A program made the position numbers and the translations under genes. From Haliotis cracherodii (taxonomy: Eukaryota): a DNA stretch of 64,000 bases. Positions 50,801 through 64,000 of the stretch are shown in pieces (position 1 is the first letter of the stretch; every line of letters starts with the position of its first letter). The stretch spans positions 12,214,001 to 12,278,000 of the forward strand of contig NW_027266275.1 of assembly GCF_022045235.1 (NCBI RefSeq). Reading direction: 5' to 3'. A model generated the notes under the pieces. The model ran no database searches and was not told the origin of the DNA. It saw only the letters and a program-made list of their open reading frames with translations.

Positions 50801-52140
50801 ATCACTTCACTCGCTACGCCCAAGCCTACCCAACCAAGAACATGTCCGCAAAAACAACAGCAGAAGCCTTTTTCAGCAATTTTGTCATCCATTATGGTCT
50901 TCCAAAAAGAATCCATTCTGATCAAGGAGCCAATTTTACAGGGAAGGTGATGCAGGAACTGTGCCAGCTTCTGAAGATAGAAAAGTCACGGACAACGCCA
51001 TACCATCCAATGGGCAATGGGATGACAGAACGGTTCAACCGTACTCTTTGTAACATGCTTGGTACTTTGGAACCAAATGAAAAGAAGAACTGGAAGGCAC
51101 ATGTAGGTCCACTCGTCCACGCCTACAACTGTACCCGCCATGAGTCAACATCTGTATCTCCCTTCTTCTTGATGTTTGGAAGACATCCAAGACTTCCAGT
51201 TGACCTTGTTTTTGGATTGGACATGGAAATTCAGGAAAGCAAGTCCGTAACAGGGTACACCAAATCCTTGAAGGACCGTTTGAGGCAAGCCTATGACATA
51301 GCTTCAACAGCATCTCAGAAATCTCAGGCCAAGCAGAAGACTTACTATGACCAGAGGGCCAGAGCTGCAATGTTGGAACCAGGAGATCGAGTCCTTGTAA
51401 AGATTGTGGCCTTTGATGGAAGACATAAATTAGCTAACAGATGGGAGGAAGATGTATATGTTGTGCTGCGCCATCCCAATCCATCGATACCTGTCTTTGA
51501 GGTTGGAAAGGAGAATGGAGAGGGAAGAAATAGAGTGCTACATCGTAACCTCTTGCTGCCAGTTAGTTCTTTGCCAGTCAAAATGCCACCAGCCATTAAA
51601 CCCAGACGACGACAAGTACCAATACCTGTGCCTAAGCCGAGGAAGAACACGGCTGTCGAAACAAGTGATGATCTGTCTGATGAGGAATCAGCAATTGGCT
51701 ATACCCGTTCTTCAGAACCTTCAGTTCCTACTGAGATCACAGTGGAAAGGCCAACTGAAGGAGAGTCAGAAGAAGCTTTAGAAGGAGATGAGATTCCTAC
51801 TGAAGAAGGGAGGGAAGAAGAAGAGCCAACTGATGATACTGTTCACCAGAACGAGCAAGATGAAGACAGATCTGAGATTGGGGCTACAGGTAGTGAGGAT
51901 GACAGAGAAGAACAAACCAATTTGCAGCCAGAAGATGCTTCTCAGCCACGGCGGTCAACCAGGACCAGGTCACAGCCCAGCTGGATGAGAAGTGGAGAAT
52001 ATGTTCTTTCTGCCATAAGTGATCCTGGAAATCCAGAATGGCTTGCCAGAGCCAACTATCTCAATTCTCTGCTAGCAGATGATAGGCAACACCGAGGGGC
52101 TGATACTCTTCTCGACCTTGTTAGCGGCAAGGTCAAATGA
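47821..52140 (+). pseudogene. pol: Gypsy pol copy 1 (protease, RT, RNase H, integrase) with in-frame TGA at 50281
   Basis: LLDTGA, YLDD, TDASG, HHCC, and D-D-E (MDF / SDQG / TERFNR). The TGA is AGA in copy 2. Confidence 0.92.
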
Positions 52141-52170
52141 TGAGACATCATTTTCCTGTGCAGGGAAGTA

Positions 52171-53433
52171 TGTGGCAGACACAAGTATTAACATACAGTT
52201 TTGTTGTACATATGTTTTATCTATTTGAGGTCCTTTAGGTTTGTAATATTATTTTAAGTTGTTAGGAAAGTAGGTTCTTAGTTCAATATCTATTATGGGC
52301 TTCTGGATTAGTTTACTTATAATGTAGAGGGTGGTTGGGTTGGTCTATGTTTGTGTCATTGTTTCTCCTCTTTGTTCTAACCCAAGCCTTGTTTTCATTG
52401 GCTTGTTCAAACTGTGCACTTTTCATCCATCTTGCACTTGATAATACACCAATTCAGAAGTCAGTCAACAATTTGGACTTGGACAGATCTGGCATAACTA
52501 ATTCGATTATTAAGGTTGGTAATCTATAAAATTGCTAGCTAATCTCTATGTATGTATTTAAATAATAATATAACTTATGTTATCTAAGTTATGTGGAATG
52601 TTATTTCAGTATTATGATCATGCTTATCTTTGGTATGGTGATTGTGTCACCATATTACTAAGTTAATAATTAAATAAGGCTAAGTAAACACTATAAATGC
52701 TTTTCATCCTTCTTCTTTCTGTGTCTGAATGTTTGAATGAATGCGTTGATTTTTATCATTGTGTAAATACTGAATTTGTATGCAATGTCAATCATTGTAT
52801 GATAGTTTGTAGTTAGTTATATTTCCTCAATTGTATTCTGTGTGTTACATTTATTCATAGTTGATTCTGTAATTAGGAGCGTGCTGACAGCTACATAGCT
52901 ACCACGCAAGGCGGCTGCCTGGAGAGAACAAACACCCCAGTGTCACCCACAGGGTACGCATAATTTACATGTTTGATGTGTCATGAAGTATATTTTGTAA
53001 ATAGTGTATCATACCAAATGTATGATCAGGTAATGAACTAATATAGTAGTTTCAACAAAGTGGTAATTGTATTTGTAATGTTCATTGTATGTTAGAACCG
53101 TGGACCATCTATATATTGTAATCTTATCAGTAATGTCGGGATCGAGTTATCGCCCTTGATAAATCGTTTGTTTACTTCAGGCTAAGATAATGATTTTATA
53201 TATCATTGATTATTAAGTTCATGTTGATGTAATGAATATAGACTATGTTTATATCAAATGAAAGGTCGCTTTGTATTGTATTAATATATGTGTGTATGAA
53301 ACCTGTGTACTACTGTTTTTATAATCTTATTGTTCGTACATTACAGGGTGTCATTGTTATCTACTAAGGCAATAAAGACTCACACCCGTAGCCTGTGTTG
53401 GACCTTGTATTTGCCATCACAAAACCGGTTACA
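52171..53433 (+). repeat. LTR2, shared central LTR (1263 bp)
   Basis: Preceded by PPT-like cagggaagta; followed by the PBS at 53437. Confidence 0.93.
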
Positions 53434-54575
53434 AAATGGAGCCCCCAGTGAGGATTTTTGCCTAAGAAATGTCAGCCAGCCTCTTCGTGGGATAGACAGC
53501 TCCCCTTTCCTTCTGTGTACAGGCACATGTACTGAGATCTGCCAAGCCATGGGATTCCCTTCACTTTCACGGTATATGTTACTGACTTGTGTGTATTGAC
53601 ATCGGTGGATACAACGTGGATATAACGTTGTGTATTTTGTAACTTGTACCTTATTCCCGTACACAAAGCATATTTCTGATATCTGGTAATTTATAAATTA
53701 ATTCCCTTTGCAATCAATCATGTAATATATTTTACTTCATAGTATTTATTTGTCTTTGCCGGCTTAAGTTTTTCATTATTGTACATATATTTCAATTATC
53801 TGCATCTATGTAAGGTTTTCGTAATTGTAATTACATTCAACCTTTCTCTACATTTGTAATTATAGATATGTATCTGGCCAGTAAACCTTGTTATGAAGCA
53901 TTTAGCAACTTGTGAAAACATTTTTTCGGTGAAAACCAAGTTTTTATACTTTGGTATTGTGTACATTTGTTTACGGCATGTATCCTTAGTTTAGTTTAGT
54001 TTAGTTTGACTATTGGATAAACTGTTTTGTTAGTTTCAATAAAGTTTGACCTTTCTACACATATGCAAATAAACTTGGATATGTATTTAATAATAATAAT
54101 AATCAGATTAGAATTAGTTTGGGTTGTTGTTTTTTCTGACTGCTCTACCACAGACTGACTTAGTTTGAAATCATTTTCCCCATCTGCACTTCTTTTTTTT
54201 CACATTTACATAACAGCATGCCTTGATCTGTTCCTTCGTGTTGTTTTGTGGGTCTCATATTCACACCGGGTATTAGTTATCTTAGGTACTTTATTTCATT
54301 ATGTAGCATTTTAGTATCTACTTTTATTTTTCACTGAGATTATTTTTTTTAGGAAATATTTTGCAATCAATTTTTTTATATTCCATTGCAGCTGTTTTTC
54401 TTTCAGATTGCAGTTGTGACTCGGTGATCATCTCTATTCATTTTCAGATTTCAGTTATCAGCATCTTTCAAAACTTCTGTGACTTCTGTGTCTTTGCACA
54501 TCTTCTTCAAATGCTTTTGTGACCTTTATTTGGATTTTGTAATCCTTCCACTCGACTGCATCGTACTCTTACATC

Positions 54576-55709
54576 ATGAATCTTGAAGAAGAGGAGATGA
54601 AAAGTTTGTTAACTATATTTACAAAGATGGGACTGTCTCCAAAGGTTGAGAATCCGGATGACTTTAAAGCTTGGATTCAAGGAATGGCCTGGAAAAGGAC
54701 ACTCCATATGACTTGTGGAAATATGAAGTTGACTGTCTTCTACAGTCAAAGACTCATTCTCTAGATGTTATACTCCAGGTTATCAGAAAATCATTGAAGG
54801 GGGAAGCCGCCCTGGTTGCCATGAAGCTTGGACACACTGCCACAGTTGAGGACCTCTTGATCCATTCTGCTTTTGGAACTTTGAGAAGGAAGGAGACCCT
54901 GATGTCACAGTTTTATGGTACTTTCCAAGGAGACAAGGAAGATGTTACAGTATGGGGTTGTCGGCTGGAGAACCTCATGTACCGGATAGCCTCCCAACGT
55001 CAGATGAGCTTTGAGGAAGAGGATGAAATGCTCCGAAGCAAGATGTGGGATGGCCTTAAGCCTGAACTGAAGAGCCTTGCTGCCCACAAGTATGATAACA
55101 TCTTCAACTTTGATGAGGGAAGTTGAGTTTGACATGAAGCGGGATCAAAGTCACAGCACAGGAAAGAAGACAGCTACCATAAAGATGGCCTCTACCTCTG
55201 ACTCTTCTACTGCTGTTGCTACTAAGGAAGAAGTGATGGATCTTAAAGCCATGATGAGGGATATCAAGACAGAGCTAGCTGACCTAAAGGAGCAACGTCA
55301 ACATTCAGCTCAAGTATTTCTTCAACAGCCTCATCAACCATCACCAGCCTCTCAAGGTACTCCTCAGACTTCCTGGAGGAGGAACAGCAAACATTATGGG
55401 AAACGGAATGGACCATCACATCAGACAAGCTCGTTCCAGTCCCAGATGCCATCTGTTATGCCTCAGCAACAGCCTTCTTACAGTCAGCCCGAGCCTCCAA
55501 GGCCACAAGCGCCATATATGCCCCAGCATATTCCACCACACCAACCACCTCAAGTTCATGGGTATGGATTGCAGCCAGAACCACAGGAACCCATCTATTG
55601 TTACCGCTGTGGATACCCTGGTCATATTGCAGTTGGGTGTAGAGTGAGACTGGACCATCTTCGACGCCCTTTAAACTTGGCCAGGCCTATGGGAGGGGGC
55701 AACCATTAG
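54576..55709 (+). pseudogene. gag: Gypsy gag copy 2, same frameshifts as copy 1
   Basis: ORFs 54576, 54671 and 55077 are essentially identical to copy 1. Confidence 0.85.
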
Positions 55710-58700
55710 GCTTTATTGGGCGCCCCAAGTATAAAGAGATTCCAGACGGACTAGTAGGAGATGCCACAGAAGTTGAGATCAGCATTGAAGGATTTCCTGT
55801 TCGTGCTCTGTTGGAGACTGGTGCTACAGTCTCTATTATATCTGAGACATTTTACAAGAATCATTTACAGACTTTGCCCTTGGAACCAATCAGTGATATC
55901 TTGGATATTGAGTGTGCCGGAGGGGAACAGCTTCCATATCTTGGATATGTGAGTGTAAGACTCAATATCATTGGTGGAGGAATAAGCAAAACTTCGGATT
56001 CGTGCCTCATGTTAATTGTTCCTGAAACAAGATACAATGCCAAGGTACCTGCTTTGCTTGGAACTAATGTGTTGCAGCATTTCTTGAATGAGTGTAAGCT
56101 ACAACACGGAGCACGTTTTCTTCAGAAGGCCAGTCTCCACACTCCTTGGTACTTAGCTAACATGACTTTAGCATTACGGGATAAAGAACTAGAGCGACGA
56201 GGACACTGCCTTGGATTTGTTCGCAGCACCGAGAACAAGAACCTCATCATTCCACCCAACACCAACATGGTTATCAAAGGACAAGTAACCAAGGGGTTCA
56301 ATTCACCAGTCATATGTGCTTTACTCCAACCTACCAGCTTTGCTTCATTACCACAGGATTTGGACATAGCGCCTACGCTTATATCTTACAACTATGACAG
56401 TCGGAACCCAGTGGACGTGCACATCTCCAACATTACAACTAGAACAGTAGTTGTCCCTCCTAGAGCTCTGTTGTGTGAGATTCAGCCTGTATCTATTCCG
56501 GAGCTACAAACTGGAGAACAAGGAGACCCAGATGACATCATCAACCAAGTCGATGTTGATGACACTGACCTGACAAGGGAAGAGATACAGATGGGACTTG
56601 ACATCATCATGAAGTTCACAGACATCTTCTCCAAACATGATGATGACATTGGATGTAGCAACATGGTGCATCATCGGATAGACATTGTTGATGAAGTTCC
56701 CTTCAAACAGAGACATCGCCGAATACCACCTGTAATGTATGATGAAGTTCGGAACCATCTTCAAACACTACTCTCAGCTGAAGTAATCAGGAAGTCACAC
56801 AGTCCTTGGGCATCCAATATTGTACTTGCCAGAAGGAAAGATGGGCGTCTCAGGATGTGTGCAGATTTTCGCCAGCTTAATGACCGAACCATTAAAGATT
56901 CCTACGCTCTGCCGAGGATTGAAGACTTACTGGATTGTTTGGGTGGAAACAAGTTCTTCTCAGTCCTTGACATGAAAAGTGGTTATCACCAGGTGGAGAT
57001 CGAGGAAGCTCATAAAGAAAGAACTGCCTTCACTGTAGGACCTCTAGGATTCTACGAGTACAATCGTATGCCATTTGGACTTACCAACGCCCCAGCCACT
57101 TACCAGCGTCTCATGGAACGATGCCTTGAAGGTCTACACCTTAACATCTGTTTGATCTATCTCGATGATTTGATCATATTCTCTAACACGTATGAAGAAC
57201 ATATTGAACGACTCAAACAAGTTTTCCAGCGGATACAAGAATGTGGGCTCAAACTAGCCACCAAGAAGTGCAAGTTCTTCAAAAGAAAAGTTCGGTATGT
57301 GGGGTACATTGTTTCAGAACATGGAATTGAAGCTGACCCTGAGAAATTGACAAAGTGCAACATTGGCCAACTCCTTCCAGCCCGGAGCAAGTCAGGAAAT
57401 TTCTAGGATTTGCTGGCTATTACAGAAAATTCATCAAAGATTTTGCCAAAATTGCCAAACCACTTTCAGAGTTAATGCCAAAGTCAGCTTCAAAGAAGTC
57501 AAAGCCCAAGGACGTTAACTGGATGTGGGGGGAAGCCCAACAGAGTGCTTTCAACGAACTAAAGCAGCGACTCTCCATGCCACCAATTCTGGGATATGCT
57601 GACTGTACCAAGCCCTTTGAACTACATACAGATGCCAGTGGTCATGGACTAGGTGCAGTACTCTACCAGGTGCAGGACGGACAGCCACGAGTAATAGCTT
57701 ATGCAAGTAGAGGACTCAGTCGTTCTGAGAGAAATTATTCAGCACACAAGCTGGAGTTTTTGTGTCTGAAATGGTCTATCACAGAGAAGTTTCATGACTA
57801 CTTGTGGGGTCATGACTTTGTGGTTATCAGCGACAACAATCCATTGACGTATGTGCTGACAAGTGCTCGATTAGACGCCACGGGTCATAGATGGCTTGCT
57901 GCTCTCTCCAGCTATAATTTCAGCATTAAGTACCGCCCAGGGAAATCCAACAGTGATGCCGATGCTCTGTCCAGGTTACCAGTCAAGGAAGACCCTGATG
58001 ACATGGATGAGATTGCAAAAGATTATGTCAGAGCTATTTGTCATTCTACCCATGTGACGAATCTTGTGGAAAGTTTGTGCCTCTCTGCAGATGTGGTTGA
58101 AGAGGAAGACCTTGACTTAACTGAGGACAGATGTGAACAGAATGCCAGAGACTGGAGAAGATCACAGGCTAAAGATCAAGCCCTTGTAGAAATTATCAAA
58201 CACTTGAGGAATGGAGCAAGATCAGACCGGATGAACTACCTGAAGGATCCTGAAATGACATCATTGATGAAGAACTACAGTCAGTTCAAACTCAAGCGAG
58301 GAGTTCTATACAGATTCGCCAGTGTTAATGGCGTAGACAGGGAACAGCTAGTTCTACCCTCTCGATTAAGAACTACGGCAATGAGGAGCCTCCATGACAT
58401 GGTAGGACACCCTGAAAGAGACAGGACTGTATCACTTCTACAGGACAGATTCTACTGGCCAGGGATAACACGTGACGTGGAGACCCACCTAAAACATTGT
58501 GAGCGTTGTCTAAGGAGGAAAACAGCAACCAACATCAAAGCTCCCTTAATCAGCATCAAGACTTCCGAGCCACTAGAGCTTGTATGCATGGACTTCCTTT
58601 CCCTAGAACCTTCTAAAGGAGGAATAGAACATGTCTTGGTTGTGACAGATCACTTCACTCGCTACGCCCAAGCCTACCCAACCAAGAACATGTCCGCAAA

Positions 58701-59988
58701 AACAACAGCAGAAGCCTTTTTCAGCAATTTTGTCATCCATTATGGTCTTCCAAAAAGAATCCATTCTGATCAAGGAGCCAATTTTACAGGGAAGGTGATG
58801 CAGGAACTGTGCCAGCTTCTGAAGATAGAAAAGTCACGGACAACGCCATACCATCCAATGGGCAATGGGATGACAGAACGGTTCAACCGTACTCTTTGTA
58901 ACATGCTGGGTACTTTGGAACCAAATGAAAAGAAGAACTGGAAGGCACATGTAGGTCCACTCGTCCACGCCTACAACTGTACCCGCCATGAGTCAACATC
59001 TGTAGCTCCCTTCTTCTTGATGTTTGGAAGACATCCAAGACTTCCAGTTGACCTTGTTTTTGGATTGGACATGGAAATTCAGGAAAGCAAGTCCATAACA
59101 GGGTACACCAAATCCTTGAAGGACCGTTTGAGGCAAGCCTATGACATAGCTTCAACAGCATCTCAGAAATCTCAGGCCAAGCAGAAGACTTACTATGACC
59201 AGAGGGCCAGAGCTGCAATGTTGGAACCAGGAGATCGAGTCCTTGTAAAGATTGTGGCCTTTGATGGAAGACATAAATTAGCTAACAGATGGGAGGAAGA
59301 TGTATATGTTGTGCTGCGCCATCCCAATCCATTGATACCTGTCTTTGAGGTTGGAAAGGAGAATGGAGAGGGAAGAAATAGAGTGCTACATCGTAACCTC
59401 TTGCTGCCAGTTAGTTCTTTGCCAGTCAAAATGCCACCAGCCATTAAACCCAGACGACGACAAGTACCAATACCTGTGCCTAAGCCGAGGAAGAGCACGG
59501 CTGTCGAAACAAGTGATGATCTGTCTGATGAGGAATCAGCAATTGGCTATACCCGTTCTTCAGAACCTTCAGTTCCTACTGAGATCACAGTGGAAAGGCC
59601 AACTGAAGGAGAGTCAGAAGAAGCTTTAGAAGGAGATGAGATTCCTACTGAAGAAGGGAGGGAAGAAGAAGAGCCAACTGATGATACTGTTCACCAGAAC
59701 GAGCAAGATGAAGACAGATCTGAGATTGGGGCTACAGGTAGTGAGGATGACAGAGAAGAACAAACCAATTTGCAGCCAGAAGATGCTTCTCAGCCACGGC
59801 GGTCAACCAGGACCAGGTCACAGCCCAGCTGGATGAGAAGTGGAGAGTATGTTCTTTCTGCCATAAGTGATCCTGGAAATCCAGAATGGCTTGCCAGAGC
59901 CAACTATCTCAATTCTCTGCTAGCAGATGATAGGCAACACCGAGGGGCTGATACTCTTCTCGACCTTGTTAGCGGCAAGGTCAAATGA
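55670..59988 (+). pseudogene. pol: Gypsy pol copy 2 with a 1-bp frameshift near 57345 and protease active-site D>E
   Basis: LLETGA instead of LLDTGA; gagaaattgac vs gagaaaattgac; ORFs 55811..57406 and 57355..59988. Confidence 0.92.
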
Positions 59989-60018
59989 TGAGACATCATT
60001 TTCCTGTGGGGGGAAGTA

Positions 60019-61077
60019 TGTGGCAGACACAAGTATTAACATACAGTTTTGTTGTACATATGTTTTATCTATTTGAGGTCCTTTAGGTTTGTAATATTAT
60101 TTTAAGTTGTTAGGAAAGTAGGTTCTTAGTTCAATATCTATTATGGGCTTCTGGATTAGTTTACTTATTAAGGTTGGTAATCTATAAAATTGCTAGCTTA
60201 TCTCTATGTATGTATTTGAATAATAATATAACTTATGTTATCTAAGTTATGTGGAATGTTATTTCAGTATTATCAACATGCTTATCTTTGGTATGGTGAT
60301 TGTGTCACCATATTACTAAGTTAATAATTAAATAAGGCTAAGTAAACACTATAAATGCTTTTCATCCTTCTTCTTTCTTTGTCTGAATGTTTGAATGAAT
60401 GCGTTGATTTTTATCATTGTGTAAATACTGAATTTGTATGCAATGTCAATCATTGTATGATAGTTTGTAGTTACTTATATTTCCTCAATTGTATTCTGTG
60501 TGTTACATTTATTCATAGTTGATTCTGTAATTAGGAGCGTGCTGACAGCTACATAGCTACCACGCAAGGGAACAAACACCCCAGTGTCACCCACAGGGTA
60601 CGCATAATTTACATGTTTGATGTGTCATGAAGTATATTTTGTAAATAGTGTATCATACCAAATGTATGATCAGGTAATGAACTAATATAGTAGTTTCAAC
60701 AAAGTGGTAATTGTATTTGTAATGTTCATTGTATGTTAGAACCGTGGACCATCTATATATTGTAATCTTATCAGTAATGTCGGGATCGAGTTATCGCCCT
60801 TGATAAATCGTTTGTTTACTTCAGGCTAAGATAATGATTTTATATATCATTGATTATTAAGTTCATGTTGATGTAATGAATATAGACTATGTTTATATCA
60901 AATGAAAGGTCGCTTTGTATTGTATTAATATATGTGTGTATGAAACCTGTGTACTACTGTTTTTATAATCTTATTGTTTGTACATTACAGGGTGTCATTG
61001 TTATCTACTAAGGCAATAAAGACTCACACCCGTAGCCTGTGTTGGACCTTGTATTTGCCATCACAAAACCGGTTAAA
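60019..61077 (+). repeat. LTR3 (1059 bp; 190-bp and 14-bp deletions; terminal CA changed to AA)
   Basis: Preceded by PPT ggggggaagta; followed by the TSD tcac. Confidence 0.9.
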
Positions 61078-61185
61078 TCACCGTAATGCTATAATTGATA
61101 CTACCTGAAGTATAAACGTCCTGGGCACAAATTCAGCGAAAAAGAGGCCCCAAGAAAAAACATACTACACTGCTCAAGGCATGCA

Positions 61186-61260
61186 TGGGACGCTGGCAAC
61201 ACTTACACACACACGCACGCACGCACGCACGCACGCACGCACACACGCACGCACGCACAC
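61186..61260. repeat. (CA)n/(GCAC)n microsatellite
   Basis: Direct inspection. Confidence 0.9.
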
Positions 61261-61716
61261 ATGGACAAAAGTATTGGTGATAAGGAGTTTAAAGGGTTCT
61301 AAATCGATTACTTTTAATATTTTGAAATATAAAATACACACGATAACCGTGTATCTGCATTGATTCAACATTCTAGACTAGATAATATCCATTTTATTCA
61401 TTTGTTCTGTAAAAAGGTCCGCCGTTTGCACCTTAAACACACATCATGGTTGGACAAACAAACTAGAAATCTATTGAGGCTGTGATTCTTGTCTTCAACT
61501 TTTTTGTGCATTTCATGGGTATTCGGTAATGCCAAACGTCATTGAAACTCTGTCTGTACTTATTGTCATCTAGAATAGTATGGTAAGCATTGGGTATCAA
61601 GCCCTTCATGCATTTTCTTTATGCGTATTTTAAATCTTTTATGTCCTTTTTTTGACGGATATACGCAGGAGGAAAGAAACTCTGCATATAGCTTTGTATT
61701 GCCTCCTCACTGTACA

Positions 61717-62350
61717 ACCCCTAACAAGCTAGAGCAGCAGACAATACAGTGCATCACCAAAGAAACCCCCAAATCCCCTTCAACAATCTCCACCCTTTGT
61801 CATCAGCCTTTTGGAATTGCCAGCCATACAATTCAGAGACTCTAAAAGAAGCGGGCCAACATTGACGCCATCAAAGCCAAAGGAAAACCGCCAAACAGCC
61901 AACAGCGAGAACCATCAGGAGGTGTGTACCACATTCCGTGTAATTGTGGACATGCCTACATTGGCAAAACGTCAAGGCCCCTGAAAATCAGAATTAAAGA
62001 ATTTCAGAGCTCAGTGTCCAAAGTTGATTCTAAATCACCTTTATTAGACCATGTCCGTGACGACCCCTGTCACAGCATCCAGTGAGACCAAATCAAAACC
62101 CTTACAATCAACCTCAAAGACTTCAAGATTTGAAAATTCCAAGAAGCAATCCTCATCAACAGACTCCAACTTGTAATGAACTGTGATCGAGGCTGTTACA
62201 TACCTTTTGCCTACGTAACTCATTAAAATATTCAATCAGTCGTAATCCCCTTGTATATGTAACTGGTTTCAGCCCCTTGTTTATGTTACTGACATTTTTA
62301 CCCGCTTGTGTACATAACAGGCTTCTCCACGCGACTGAAACCACACGTTA
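61717..62350 (+). mobile_element. Penelope-like retroelement 3' fragment (GIY-YIG endonuclease), decayed
   Basis: The frame from 61918 reads GGVYHIPCNCGHAYIGKTSRPLKIRIKEF..DH..H..EAILI..MNCDRG with stops. Confidence 0.85.
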
Positions 62351-63654
62351 ATTAACGTTTCGATCTGTGAACCTATTTTAACATATCCTATGCAACATAT
62401 AACTCTGTTCTCGTGTCAACCAACATTAGTGTTTTGTAAATCTAACATGTAGATGAATGAGTGAGTTAGTAATTAACAAGTGCAAAAGTGAGCGTGGCTC
62501 ACTAATACCCCCGACCCACCTAGTACTAGTGTGTCAGTAGTCACAAATTAAATAGCTAGGATGGGGTTCGGCAGGGTTCCCCCTAGACTCCAATATCTGA
62601 GAGTCACCTTGACTCAGCCTATGCATTTTGGGGAGTCAAAAATATTTTTTGAGAGTCAAATGTTTTATTGTATGATTAATGAAATTTAAAGTGTTCACTG
62701 TTAATGTTACACTTAAAGTTAAGTATCTTTTAAATATCATATGTCTTTAGTTTAAGTTAACAAGTGCTAATTAATGTTCTCAGCTGATTGTACTACAGAG
62801 AAATAAAGGAAAAATGAATGAAAAACAAAGTTTGTTGGTTTTATTTTTCACAATCTTTAATTACTTCACAGCTCATGAAACAATTTACAGTGACACTAAT
62901 ACAGGAGGAATAAATAACATCAATCTCAACTGTGAGACATAATTTTTAATCATGGATGGATATTAAAATACATTTCATGTCAGATTATAATTTAATACCA
63001 CTAACTCATTTACATCTTTTATCTAGTTATCTTGTATTATCTATCAACAGTGAAGTTGAACTGAAGAATTGTGAACACTCGTAATATTTTCTGGTTGAAT
63101 ACAGTTTATTAGCAACACCAAACACGCCCAACGCTTAACATTTCGTATATACCATATTTATTCGTGTATAATAAACACTCGTGTATAATATGCACCCCTA
63201 ATTTGGGGCAATTAAATCCTGAAAAAAATATCTCTTGTGTATAATACGCACAGACTTTTCTTCGGTCTCATTTCAGGCTGTCATGATCCGTCATCGGAAA
63301 TAGCATAACAAATCCGAATTGAATTACCCAAGTTAATCCTGTTGTTACACTATCTGGTAATAAAAACGTGTTCTCTGTATATCTGACCTTATGTTTGTCA
63401 TCTATTTTATTAATTTTATTTAAAATTTCATTCAATAATGTTTACCTAAATTTCGGCAAAAACATGTGTCCCTCCGATACTTACAACTTCCGTTTATCCC
63501 GTTCCATAGGTTCTGCTTAACCACATACTGTGACCGCGCAAAATCACATTATTCATCGCAAAAATGATAATATTGTCTTTTGTTTCATTTTTGACGAGTC
63601 TACACATCTAGATAAACATATGTCATGGTTAACTTTTAGTGAGAAAATTTTAAG

Positions 63655-64000
63655 GGGTTTGAAAAATTCATAAAAAATTGGAAAATTAATAAACACATAT
63701 TTTTTTCTTTTGACTGCACCCCTTCATATGACACAGATTATATGTACTAAGTTTGAGATGAATCCACTGAATAGTTTAAGAGAAATTGTGCGGACAAAGT
63801 TTTCAGACGGACGTTAGGGTTTGAAATATTCATAAAAAAATGGAAAATTAATAAAAACAAAAAAATTCTTTTGACAGCACCCCTCCATATGACACAGATT
63901 ATATGTACTAAGTTTGAGATGAATCCCCTGAATAGTTGAAGAGAAATCGCGCGGACAAAGTTTTTGGACGGACGGACGGACGGACGGACGGACGGACAGA
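63655..64000 (+). repeat. Two ~162-bp tandem units ending in (GGAC)n; runs off the window
   Basis: gggtttgaaa..cggacaaagtttt..gacggacg starts at 63655 and 63817. Confidence 0.8.

Larger units (their letters stand above)
44323..61077 (+). mobile_element. Tandem Ty3/Gypsy LTR retrotransposon dimer: LTR1-int1-LTR2-int2-LTR3
   Basis: Three LTRs starting TGTGGCAGAC; period 7848-7849 bp; TSD TCAC at 44319-44322 and 61078-61081; pol order PR-RT-RH-IN. Confidence 0.95.

Noticed and set aside
62320-62380. Hammerhead ribozyme at the Penelope end
   Set aside because: CGAAAC is present on the minus strand but I found no CTGANGA core with compatible stems.

Overview
Eukaryotic, AT-rich invertebrate DNA, probably mollusc; the SINE at 20841 resembles from memory an abalone (Haliotis) SINE, which I could not verify. 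The first 44 kb is a tandem, same-strand array of two-coding-exon TRIM-like genes with an NHL-like beta-propeller. Long type A genes have RING, B-box1, B-box2, coiled coil and propeller. Short type B genes have RING, B-box1 and propeller only. Order: A1 (partial), B1, A2, a pseudo-RING exon, A3 (deleted), B2 (frameshifted), A4. A large segmental duplication built the array (about 1-14.4 kb vs about 24.0-42.3 kb). The N-terminal scaffold is homogenised, the propeller loops are hypervariable, and every gene with an intact upstream block carries a perfect IRF/ISRE-type motif. Together these suggest an inducible, diversifying innate-immune sensor/E3-ligase family (inference). Mobile DNA: a degenerate DIRS-order tyrosine-recombinase retrotransposon with split direct repeats (34899-39617, minus), a tandem three-LTR Ty3/Gypsy dimer with a single TCAC target-site duplication (44323-61077), a Penelope-like GIY-YIG fragment, tRNA-derived SINEs and mini/microsatellites. 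All identity estimates are by eye.
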